Part shown: positions 16,770-24,466 of the stretch, in pieces
How positions within the stretch are numbered: the first letter of the stretch is position 1
How the letters are laid out: each line of letters opens with the position of its first letter
DNA from: a virus
Virus record (IMG/VR): IMGVR_UViG_3300033232_000039
Coordinates: 10,277 to 74,276 of that record
Direction: 5' to 3' (one strand)
DNA length: 64,000 nt
Notes under the pieces: generated by a model
Seen by the model: only the letters and a program-made list of their open reading frames with translations
Told to the model about the DNA's origin: nothing
The model's database searches: none
Position numbers and translations under genes: made by a program

Positions 16770-17165
16770 TCACTTTGAATTCTCTGATAAGTGCCAACCA
16801 TTACCATGCAATATTTCTTTGATTTCATTCAAAGCTTTACGACCAAGGTTAGGGAATCTACGTAGGTTATTTTCACTGTATTGCAGTAATTCAGCGACAG
16901 TAGTAATATTCGCTGCTTTAAGGCAATCAATACTACGTTTTGATAACGAAAGGCTATTTATACCTCGATTCAAAACCTGTTTATTCCTAAAGTCTTCCCA
17001 TAGCTGCACAACTTCAATAACTCTTTGCGTGTCAGGCAGGTTGTTTTCTCTAATGAAAGAGTTGATACAACTTAGTCTGGTTAGATTGGCTTCATGTTTT
17101 TCTGCTTCCAAGGAAGAAGTAAACAACTTACCATCTGTGGTTTGGTATGCCATGATTGTTTCCAT
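16770..17165 (-). CDS. Protein with a C-terminal RNA polymerase alpha-CTD-like domain
   Basis: LSLSKRSIDCLKAANITTVAELLQYSENNLRRFPNLGRKALNEIKEIL matches RpoA CTD [48 protein letters not shown] without gaps; AGGAG RBS before ATG 17165. Confidence 0.85.
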   Translation of the reverse strand: METIMAYQTTDGKLFTSSLEAEKHEANLTRLSCINSFIRENNLPDTQRVIEVVQLWEDFRNKQVLNRGINSLSLSKRSIDCLKAANITTVAELLQYSENNLRRFPNLGRKALNEIKEILHGNGWHLSENSK

Positions 17166-17185
17166 ATTTATATCTCCTAAGTTAA

Positions 17186-18424
17186 TTAACACAAACCATA
17201 GTTACTATTCCTGATCAGACATGATAGGTTATTAGATAACTTTTGATATACCACGGGATATCCTAACAACTGACTCATAATGTCAGTAAGAATATTACTA
17301 TCAGCCAGTTCAGCCAGTACATTAATGTATTGTTGGCGTAGATAGTTCATATTATTGGCATGACAAGTAAACTCATCATGGATGGCGACAACCTCAAATG
17401 GGCTATAACTTAGCATACTTTCTACTATCTCAGACAATGCTTGTAGATGTTTTGTAGATAAGTAACCAATGTTTGTTATATCAAGGTATGGAAGTATGAC
17501 TACATCAGCCATATTACTGCGGGTATATTGTTCACAATAATACGGAATCATAGTATCTTTACTGTCACATAACCCGGAATATCCTAGGAGACGCTGTAGT
17601 AGTTCAATCTCGATAAGATTAGCTACATCCATGATCATTGTCAGATCATAGTTACATCTCCGGTGAATACATCTCAGTATGTATGCATCAATACTATGAA
17701 CTACATTTGCAACATTACTCACACCTTTCTGAGTACCAGTATTTTCATAGAACTCATAAGTAAATGTTGCATGATCAAGTTCATCTACTTCAATACGTGC
17801 TTCCTGTTTAGCCATTACTTTGATCTTTACATCAAAACCATCGGGTAGTTTCCATTCATGGGTTAATGCATATGGTTTCCAGGTACCTAGTAAATCTTGC
17901 AGTAACTCCCAAGCACCTGGTGCTGTTTGTTTACATGCTTCATAAAAGGCTGCCAATTCTGGCGTATCTTCACCAAACAGTTCTTTTGGTACTGCTTTGG
18001 AACCATACATGGAAGTCATCAAGGCACGCTTGGCATCAGCACGGGATATGTTGACCTTGCCACCCAGGATAGTTCCCATAGCTGCAGTGACTTCTGTATA
18101 GGCATCTGATCGCTTGTTAGGATTTACTAATCCGGTAGCAGTAGCACCAGCAACACAACCCGTAACCACGGACATGATCTGTACACCAGAGCACACAGCA
18201 TCAAAGCCTACCCTATGGCCTGTAGGAAGCCCTGCTTGGGCCTTTCTCAGGGCCATTACAGCCTTTTGATACAAGGGTGGCTTCTCTGCCTTGAAAGCCA
18301 AGGATTCAAGTTCTGAGAGGTTTTCAGTAGTCCACTGAATGCGTTCTTCAAACAGCAGCTTATCCAGTCCATACTGGTTAGCAATGTCAATGAGTAAATA
18401 CTCATAACCGGAAAAGCTTTTCAT
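17186..18424 (-). CDS. RNA polymerase II subunit 2 (N4 gp16-like; catalytic half of a split T7-like RNAP)
   Basis: Motif A GFDAVCSGVQ, motif B RADAKRALMTSMYGS, motif C AIHDEF. Confidence 0.93.
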   Translation of the reverse strand: MKSFSGYEYLLIDIANQYGLDKLLFEERIQWTTENLSELESLAFKAEKPPLYQKAVMALRKAQAGLPTGHRVGFDAVCSGVQIMSVVTGCVAGATATGLVNPNKRSDAYTEVTAAMGTILGGKVNISRADAKRALMTSMYGSKAVPKELFGEDTPELAAFYEACKQTAPGAWELLQDLLGTWKPYALTHEWKLPDGFDVKIKVMAKQEARIEVDELDHATFTYEFYENTGTQKGVSNVANVVHSIDAYILRCIHRRCNYDLTMIMDVANLIEIELLQRLLGYSGLCDSKDTMIPYYCEQYTRSNMADVVILPYLDITNIGYLSTKHLQALSEIVESMLSYSPFEVVAIHDEFTCHANNMNYLRQQYINVLAELADSNILTDIMSQLLGYPVVYQKLSNNLSCLIRNSNYGLC

Positions 18425-18437
18425 ATATATCCTTTAG

Positions 18438-19346
18438 TTAAGTTGGAACACCTGTAACAATAGCTTCTTTGGCAAGCTCGATACTTGCTTTCTTGAATGA
18501 GGTACCTTGCGTATTGACGTGATACCCTTGTGCATACATGCGACCACGTTTATCTACCTTATTGGTAAGATAGAACTCATTACCTTGACTATTCATGAGT
18601 GAATAGAAAGAGTAACTTTGCTTCTTGAAGCGTATCCAGTTATCTACTTTCTCTGGACTATCCAGATCAAAAGTAGGATCCTCTTCAACCTTTGATAGAA
18701 ACTGGGTATCCAGACGTAAAGCAATACTATTAATAATATTAAGTACGTCCAGACAGATATCACCATCATGATGATTACCTCTACCCAGAATAAGACTATC
18801 ATTGTGCGATAGATAACCACTTGAGTAGTTATTAAGTAACTCCAATGGCACACATACCATTGGTGGCAAGTAACTACAGTTCTCTACGAACTTAAGTAAT
18901 TCCTTACTCAGTGGAATACGTGATACCAACATAAGACTGGCTTGTTTGTTTGCTTTACTGATGTCATAAGCATCAGTACCACATAGAACAGCAATAATCT
19001 CAGCTACTATCTTGATTGCATCTGTTTTCTCACATAGATTCAATCTACTTGCCATTTGAGCAGTAACCGAAGTAAATAACTCAGGTCGTTGATAGTAAGC
19101 AATACCAATAAATAGATCATTAATGATCTTGGTAAGATCATGATTCTTTAATTGGTCAATGCGTGAATTCTTTGATTCATAGTATGTTTTGGACATATAC
19201 TCATCAAGCAATTGCACGCCAAGTAGTATCTTTTCTTGCATTACAGGACTATCCTCAATTTCCTGTGCAATATACTTATCAATATACTTGCGGTTATACC
19301 TCTTTTCATTTTCCTCTTGCATAACTATTTGCTTGATGTTATCCAT
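18438..19346 (-). CDS. RNA polymerase II subunit 1 (N4 gp15-like)
   Basis: DKRGRMYAQGYHVNTQG (T7 DWRGRVY equivalent); adjacent to subunit 2; likely start MDNIK at 19346. Confidence 0.9.
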   Translation of the reverse strand: MDNIKQIVMQEENEKRYNRKYIDKYIAQEIEDSPVMQEKILLGVQLLDEYMSKTYYESKNSRIDQLKNHDLTKIINDLFIGIAYYQRPELFTSVTAQMASRLNLCEKTDAIKIVAEIIAVLCGTDAYDISKANKQASLMLVSRIPLSKELLKFVENCSYLPPMVCVPLELLNNYSSGYLSHNDSLILGRGNHHDGDICLDVLNIINSIALRLDTQFLSKVEEDPTFDLDSPEKVDNWIRFKKQSYSFYSLMNSQGNEFYLTNKVDKRGRMYAQGYHVNTQGTSFKKASIELAKEAIVTGVPT

Positions 19347-19399
19347 GCTAGTCTCCAAAAAAGTTAAGTTATAGCAGTGTAGAATCCACTACTTTGTTT

Positions 19400-19906
19400 T
19401 TAGAAAGTACAAGCAATAAACCGATCATCTAAGATATCAGATACTAACGGTTTAATGTTTGTCCACAGTAATTCACCAGCACCACAACCAAAACGAGGAA
19501 CTAATATTGTTTCCCATTTATGGATATTTGCTAGATCAACTAATTTATGTGCTGATTCGATAATTAGTTTTGGTTCTGCTTTGGCGTAGAAACCTGGGAC
19601 ACTATCTCCAATATTAAATTGTTTCTGGGCATGGGCTACTATGTTTGTTCCATCATTAATTATTGTTTTTGGTTTAACAGGAAAACTAACTAAATCTATA
19701 TTTCTATGGGTCATTAATAGATAAGGTACATTACCCTTTTGTAGTTGCATACCCAATATATATTTAATATTCGGTATGTGATAACTTACTTGTTTTGCAA
19801 TACCCCTACCCATTACAGCTTCACCAGTGGTTTTAATAAAGCCATTGGTAGTAATAACTAAAGCATCGCAGTCCATAAGTAACATATTGCCTTTAAATTC
19901 AAGCAT
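19400..19906 (-). CDS. Macrodomain (ADP-ribose binding / glycohydrolase-like) protein
   Basis: DALVITTNG...VMGRGIAKQ, SFPVK, PRFGCGAGEL.W..IKP macro-fold signatures. Confidence 0.75.
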   Translation of the reverse strand: MLEFKGNMLLMDCDALVITTNGFIKTTGEAVMGRGIAKQVSYHIPNIKYILGMQLQKGNVPYLLMTHRNIDLVSFPVKPKTIINDGTNIVAHAQKQFNIGDSVPGFYAKAEPKLIIESAHKLVDLANIHKWETILVPRFGCGAGELLWTNIKPLVSDILDDRFIACTF

Positions 19907-19915
19907 TTAATACTC

Positions 19916-20278
19916 CTAATAGTGAATAACGGTTACTGGTTTATTGAGATTCTTCATAAGAGAAATCATATTACCTGTACCTTTACTTCCATTCCAAAAA
20001 GCCAATAAACCATCTGCAAACTGAGCCATTTCAGCATTGCGGATATAGCCAGCAGATTTACCATGAATATCCCATTTGGCAGGGAAGGAATATAGTTGAA
20101 CACCATTGGCAATAGCAAAGTCATAACCACACTTATCTGCACCTCTTGCCATACCACAGACAATACTAATATCTTTATCAGCATATTCATTATCTGACAT
20201 GGCAAAGAGTACGCGGCTAACTAACATATAGTCATTGAAATCGCGACCACCTGCTACTATTAATTTAAACTCTTTCAT
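19916..20278 (-). CDS. SLOG-superfamily protein (YspA-like / DUF2493)
   Basis: LIVAGGRDFNDY, IVCGMARGAD, AGYIRNAEM, LAFWNGSKGTGNM. Confidence 0.8.
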   Translation of the reverse strand: MKEFKLIVAGGRDFNDYMLVSRVLFAMSDNEYADKDISIVCGMARGADKCGYDFAIANGVQLYSFPAKWDIHGKSAGYIRNAEMAQFADGLLAFWNGSKGTGNMISLMKNLNKPVTVIHY

Positions 20279-20344
20279 TTGTACACCTCATGTTGTGAAT
20301 AATAACCACGTTTTTCATGATTAATTCCTTGGTTTGTTATTGAA

Positions 20345-20461
20345 TCATTTTCTTTCTGAAAGGGCTAACCAAACAAAGAAAATGATTGCAAAAGGTAATA
20401 TAACAAGTGCTTTGATAAGAGATACTACGAGATTAATAATCCCTAAAATGAATCTAATCAT
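20345..20461 (-). CDS. Small early membrane peptide (38 aa)
   Basis: MIRFILGIINLVVSLIKALVILPFAIIFFVWLALSERK, a hydrophobic segment. Confidence 0.5.
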   Translation of the reverse strand: MIRFILGIINLVVSLIKALVILPFAIIFFVWLALSERK

Positions 20462-20477
20462 TTCATACTCCGACGGT

Positions 20478-20648
20478 TTACAAGAAGTAAACAGTATTGA
20501 CAGTTGATAAGTCCTGCTCAATGCAGAATGCGAGTGTGTTTTCATTGAATGCTTCTTCAATGTTTGTATTTAATTCATCGTTTTGTTCAATATCTTCTTC
20601 AATGAAGAAATATTTACACGGGGAAGATACACAAGGATATGTAGTCAT
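20478..20648 (-). CDS. Small acidic early protein (56 aa, not in track)
   Basis: MTTYPCVSSPCKYFFIEEDIEQNDELNTNIEEAFNENTLAFCIEQDLSTVNTVYFL; directly downstream of the hairpin motif at 20685. Confidence 0.5.
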   Translation of the reverse strand: MTTYPCVSSPCKYFFIEEDIEQNDELNTNIEEAFNENTLAFCIEQDLSTVNTVYFL

Positions 20649-20684
20649 GATGTTTCCAGTAAGTAGTTGATATATGGGATATAG

Positions 20685-20704
20685 CCAACATTTCGCGGAA
20701 CGCG
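20685..20704 (-). promoter_or_regulatory. Putative virion-RNAP hairpin promoter (P4)
   Basis: Plus (template) strand CCAACATTT-CGCG-GAA-CGCG. Confidence 0.65.
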
Positions 20705-20805
20705 CTTACTAGATACATATTAAAAACAGCATTACCCTTTAATAAAGATACTACTGTTTACTTTGTGTGTGACTGTCTTGGGTAAGAGTTATAAGAAGTA
20801 ACTGA

Positions 20806-20851
20806 ATAAAAAAACAAGTCACCTACTATTTACATAGTAAGTGACCTTGTT
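20806..20851 (-). terminator. Early intrinsic terminator
   Basis: GTCAC/GTGAC and TACTA/TAGTA stem; A-run on plus = T-run on minus; just after ORF 20853. Confidence 0.55.
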
Positions 20852-20852
20852 G

Positions 20853-21122
20853 TTAAAGTGCGAAACCTGAACCAGTGGTAGCAATGGCCGACTGATATTC
20901 GATTTCAAGCTTTGCCAAGATGATTGAGACACGTGAAGGATCACTGTTCAACCAGGCAAGCATTTCTTTTTCGCTGGAACGGCTTTCTTTCAAGGGGATA
21001 GCACCCAATTTCTTACGCTTGCCACCATCAGCAGCAGGCAGGTAGAAATTCAGGAAGCCCTGAGCTTTCCAGGATTCGTTAGAGGAAGCTTGAACAGAAG
21101 AAGTGTTTGAAGTGAAGGCCAT
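20853..21122 (-). CDS. Early protein, possible N4 gp2/Drc-like ssDNA-binding RNAP II cofactor
   Basis: MAFT...WKAQGFLNFY...GAIPL resembles N4 gp2 (KAQFWLNIGY...TGIPL, recalled); AAGGAG RBS before ATG 21122; early position. Confidence 0.45.
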   Translation of the reverse strand: MAFTSNTSSVQASSNESWKAQGFLNFYLPAADGGKRKKLGAIPLKESRSSEKEMLAWLNSDPSRVSIILAKLEIEYQSAIATTGSGFAL

Positions 21123-21159
21123 GATAGGCTCCTTAGTTAAGTACATAGGCAGGATTTGC

Positions 21160-21180
21160 CCATAATTTGGCGGAACGCCA
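21160..21180 (-). promoter_or_regulatory. Putative virion-RNAP hairpin promoter (P3)
   Basis: Plus strand CCATAATT-TGGCG-GAA-CGCCA. Confidence 0.7.
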
Positions 21181-21308
21181 GCAAAATTCGTTTAAAAACG
21201 CGGTTTGAAAAAGCTATACAGAACGTACAGCCAAGAGCAGACAAAAGAGACTAAATTGATCTATGCCAAGCTGGAGTGTATCCAGAAATAGATCAGTAGT
21301 TGCTTATA

Positions 21309-21485
21309 TTAGTCAGTACATTGGTAAGCAGTGTATAGGCCAATAGCAAAGCTAACGATGAAGCCAAGTCCAGCTAAGTACGGATGAAGGCCATGACCTT
21401 CATAGACGTATTGAAGGCCCAGCATTGAGAATAGGCCCATAAGAACAAGGATGAGAAGCATTGTGAAAGCATAGAGATAGTTCAT
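21309..21485 (-). CDS. Small early membrane protein (58 aa, two hydrophobic segments; not in track)
   Basis: MNYLYAFTMLLILVLMGLFSMLGLQYVYEGHGLHPYLAGLGFIVSFAIGLYTAYQCTD; AAGGA RBS. Confidence 0.6.
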   Translation of the reverse strand: MNYLYAFTMLLILVLMGLFSMLGLQYVYEGHGLHPYLAGLGFIVSFAIGLYTAYQCTD

Positions 21486-21518
21486 GAGAAGTCCTTAAAA
21501 AGTAGAGTGGAAGACCCA

Positions 21519-21539
21519 CCTACATTTGTACGGAGTACA
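21519..21539 (-). promoter_or_regulatory. Putative virion-RNAP hairpin promoter (P2)
   Basis: Plus strand CCTACATT-TGTAC-GGA-GTACA; C(GGA)G triloop as in N4 P2. Confidence 0.7.
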
Positions 21540-21802
21540 TCTTTATATCGTCTATATATCGGTATCATTTAATATATGAATATAGTAAATAACAATAAAG
21601 TACTATTGGAAAACTTATATTAATAGTCTCTAACTATCTCTATCTGTCTCTACCCTATAAAAAATAGATGTACAATAAACTCAGTAGAGTTTTAATAGAG
21701 TTTAATGAATAGACTTTAGTTAATACTAGTAAGACTATACTATTTATATATATACCTATCTATAACTGACTATCTCTATAGTGTGTAATGTGTAAAGGAC
21801 TT

Positions 21803-21826
21803 ATGCTACCTCCGAAGAGATAGCAT
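21803..21826 (-). terminator. Early terminator hairpin with C(UUCG)G loop
   Basis: Minus strand ATGCTATCTC-TTCG-GAGGTAGCAT just after the stop of ORF 21834. Confidence 0.55.
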
Positions 21827-21833
21827 AGATTGA

Positions 21834-22019
21834 TTACTTAGCAGTAAGCTTGAGTTGCTTGTTAAGTTCAATAAGGCGTACTTGCCTAGTAGTACGTGCT
21901 TCGTCTTCAAAGGCTGCTGCTGATTCCTCAGCAACTTTAGCCATGTGACCACCAGCCAGTGCCAGATCATTCAGCATGGTGAAGAGCGTGGTAACAAAGG
22001 TAGAGAAAGATTTAAACAT
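21834..22019 (-). CDS. First early gene, hypothetical protein
   Basis: 61 aa; GGAG RBS; downstream of the hairpin at 22051. Confidence 0.7.
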   Translation of the reverse strand: MFKSFSTFVTTLFTMLNDLALAGGHMAKVAEESAAAFEDEARTTRQVRLIELNKQLKLTAK

Positions 22020-22050
22020 AGTAAGCTCCAGTTGATTGATGGGGGTAGTC

Positions 22051-22070
22051 CCTAAATTTATCTGAAAGAT
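22051..22070 (-). promoter_or_regulatory. Putative virion-RNAP hairpin promoter (P1)
   Basis: Plus strand CCTAAATTT-ATCT-GAA-AGAT. Confidence 0.6.
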
Positions 22071-22260
22071 TGTGTATGGGGGGGGGCTGTTTTGTATTTT
22101 GGAGTTCAGCCTATAAGCCCTGTACTCATACCCAGATTACAAAATTCCTGAAAACTTTGCTATTAATTTAATAGTGAATATTTTCAAAATTAAAATTATA
22201 AAAAAATTATAAAATCTTTTTACCCTATACTTGCCACTATATTCACCCGATAAGGTAACT

Positions 22261-22596
22261 ATGTTGGCTAATAACTTGTATAGGAAGAAGCCGGAGGTTG
22301 TAGAAGCAAACCAGTGGTTCAAGAATGGTGATCATCCCTTAGATAGGCTAGCTGATGATAAGCTGATACCTGCTGAATATGAGGGACGGGTTGTGAGGTA
22401 CTTCCGGGATCCTGCCCTTAGAGGTACTGGCTTGTGTGAGCTTTGTGGTGAACCAATGCACTTGCATGGTTGGGTTGAAGTACAGGTTAGTGGTTATGTT
22501 GTTTGTCCTGGTGATTGGGTGATTACTGGTTTGGATAACGGGTATGAGGTTTTGAAACCAAGTACATTCAAAGCACTTTATACAAAGGTTAAGTAA
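22261..22596 (+). CDS. Hypothetical phage protein (PGDW-motif family)
   Basis: YRKKPEVVEA.QW...VCPGDWVITG...KPSTF..LY; likely start at 22261. Confidence 0.65.
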   Translation: MLANNLYRKKPEVVEANQWFKNGDHPLDRLADDKLIPAEYEGRVVRYFRDPALRGTGLCELCGEPMHLHGWVEVQVSGYVVCPGDWVITGLDNGYEVLKPSTFKALYTKVK

Positions 22597-23288
22597 TGGG
22601 CGCACTTACTGTTGAACAGTTCAAACAATGTTTACCAGACAAGGTAAAGAAATCAGTTAATCAAGAATTGGTTGATCAGATCAACAATACACTGGCTGAT
22701 CCTGAGATGTATGAGGCTTACCGTGACAATCTGTTGAGCTATACGCGGGTTATGTCAGATGGTCGATTCAAGGTAGAAAGCTATATTGATGCTGTGCGCT
22801 ATGTCAGTCATAAGCTGATGGGATGTACCAATATTGACGCCTACATCAAGACATTTCCAGATAAGTACGCTAATTTTGTAGCACAAGGGGTAGCTTCAAA
22901 GGATATTGCCAGCTACGTTACGGCGTATAACAAAGGTAAGCTGGTCAATCTTATTTTTGAACAAACACTCATTCCCAGCTATGTGCTTAACCAGGATTTG
23001 TACCAGAAGGCACTGAATGTGCAGGCCGATCTGATGGTGTGTGCTCATAGTGAAAAGGTACGCTGTGATGCAGCCAATAGCTTGCTTACTCACCTGAAGA
23101 TGCCTGAGACACAGAAGGTGGAGCTTGATATTGGTATCAAGGAAGACAGTTCAATTTCCATACTGCGTCAAGCTACTTTGGAGCTTGCAAGACAGCAAAG
23201 GTTGTCTTTGGAGTCAGGCCAAATGAATGTTCTGGAGGTGGCGCATAGTAAGCTTGAAATTGTAGATGTACTAGCTAAGGAAATATAA
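22596..23288 (+). CDS. N4 gp69-like protein (putative terminase small subunit)
   Basis: 230 aa; AVRYVSHKLMG and SEKVRCDAANSLL patterns; upstream of TerL (synteny inference). Confidence 0.75.
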   Translation: MGALTVEQFKQCLPDKVKKSVNQELVDQINNTLADPEMYEAYRDNLLSYTRVMSDGRFKVESYIDAVRYVSHKLMGCTNIDAYIKTFPDKYANFVAQGVASKDIASYVTAYNKGKLVNLIFEQTLIPSYVLNQDLYQKALNVQADLMVCAHSEKVRCDAANSLLTHLKMPETQKVELDIGIKEDSSISILRQATLELARQQRLSLESGQMNVLEVAHSKLEIVDVLAKEI

Positions 23289-23290
23289 CC

Positions 23291-23470
23291 ATGTGGGGTA
23301 CCCTTGTTTACTTAGTTATCGCAGGCATTGAAGCGTTTCTCGTTGCACTGGTATTGGGGGCAATGGCATCTGTTATTCATGAAGATTTTGGCTGGATAGT
23401 ATTCATTGCTTTTTTTGGCTTTATCTTTACTAATCTGGTTGTAATGACTAAAGGTAGATGGAGGCAGTAA
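23291..23470 (+). CDS. Two-TM small membrane protein, holin-like (59 aa; not in track)
   Basis: MWGTLVYLVIAGIEAFLVALVLGAMASVIHEDFGWIVFIAFFGFIFTNLVVMTKGRWRQ: two hydrophobic helices and a basic tail, directly before the transglycosylase. Confidence 0.6.
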   Translation: MWGTLVYLVIAGIEAFLVALVLGAMASVIHEDFGWIVFIAFFGFIFTNLVVMTKGRWRQ

Positions 23471-23514
23471 TACCAATTACACTTGGGGTATATTATCCCA
23501 AGGAGTAATTAAGT

Positions 23515-24252
23515 ATGTCTAAGAATCTATTTGAGAAAGCCTTGGCTGCAGAGGGTGTATCAGGCCAATTAGCTGATGTTGCCAGAAGTATTTATCAGCA
23601 AGAAAGTAGCAGTGGTAAAAACACCAAAACCAGCAATGCTGGTGCACGGGGTGGTATGCAGATTATTCCCAGTACCTTTAAAAGTGTGGCTGATAAAGGA
23701 TGGGACATCAATGATCCTATACATAACTCTAGGGCAGGTATCCGGTATCTCAAAATGCTGGACAAGAAAAGTGGGGGTAATGCTGCACTGACTGCAGCAG
23801 GTTACTATGGTGGCCCGGGTGGTCTGGAGAAAGCCCGAAAGGGTATTGCAGTTAGCGATCCTCGTAATCCCAATGCACCTACAACTTTACAGTATGGTCA
23901 ACAAGTTGTCAGTCGTTTACCCGGGGGTAGCAAGACTACTGCCCAAGTAGCCCCAGTTCAGCTAGCTAAACAGATACAAGCAACGCCTCAGACGGCCCCT
24001 TTTCAGCCCGAAGCACCGCCACAGCTACCGTTGCCCCCAGCATTACAGCAAGCTGCTAAAAGCCTTCCTGCTGCACCTATGGCTGATCCTTGGGAGGAAT
24101 TTAATAAAGGTTTACAAAAACCTGTAGAAGTAGCAGATATAGCATATGGCACAGTACCTAAAGATGATGGTATGTTTGGCTTTGGTTTTGCTAACCCTAT
24201 TGCCAACTTTGCTGGTTTAGACCCTTTTGCTAATTTGAAAAATTGGAATTAA
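23515..24252 (+). CDS. Lytic transglycosylase (SLT domain) with Pro/Gln/Ala-rich C-terminal tail
   Basis: QQESS (catalytic Glu), GARGGMQIIPST, N.RAGIRYL, AGYYGGPG. Confidence 0.85.
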   Translation: MSKNLFEKALAAEGVSGQLADVARSIYQQESSSGKNTKTSNAGARGGMQIIPSTFKSVADKGWDINDPIHNSRAGIRYLKMLDKKSGGNAALTAAGYYGGPGGLEKARKGIAVSDPRNPNAPTTLQYGQQVVSRLPGGSKTTAQVAPVQLAKQIQATPQTAPFQPEAPPQLPLPPALQQAAKSLPAAPMADPWEEFNKGLQKPVEVADIAYGTVPKDDGMFGFGFANPIANFAGLDPFANLKNWN

Positions 24253-24256
24253 TTAT

Positions 24257-24466
24257 ATGAATCAATACTTTAGTGTAGAAAGTATTACTGCTGCTCGTAT
24301 CGAGGCTAAATATCCAACAACTGTACGTTTGGTGGTATATCCTGATGGCCGTGAAGTAATGCAAGGAGCATATCACTGGACTCAAGGATTTGATGGTGGT
24401 ATTACTTGGCGCGATATGCTGCCAATTACAGTTGATAGTAATGGCAGAGATATTCCACGTGGTTGA
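24257..24466 (+). CDS. Hypothetical protein
   Basis: 69-aa ORF. Confidence 0.5.
   Translation: MNQYFSVESITAARIEAKYPTTVRLVVYPDGREVMQGAYHWTQGFDGGITWRDMLPITVDSNGRDIPRG

Noticed and set aside
16690-17214. 174-aa plus-strand ORF over the alpha-CTD gene
   Set aside because: Antisense shadow; the minus-strand frame has the RBS, the conserved domain and operon context
21803-21826. CGAA-loop hairpins at 21803 and 55953 as further vRNAP promoters
   Set aside because: They lack the CC...ATTT flank and fixed spacing, read as C(UUCG)G terminators on the minus strand, and follow stop codons
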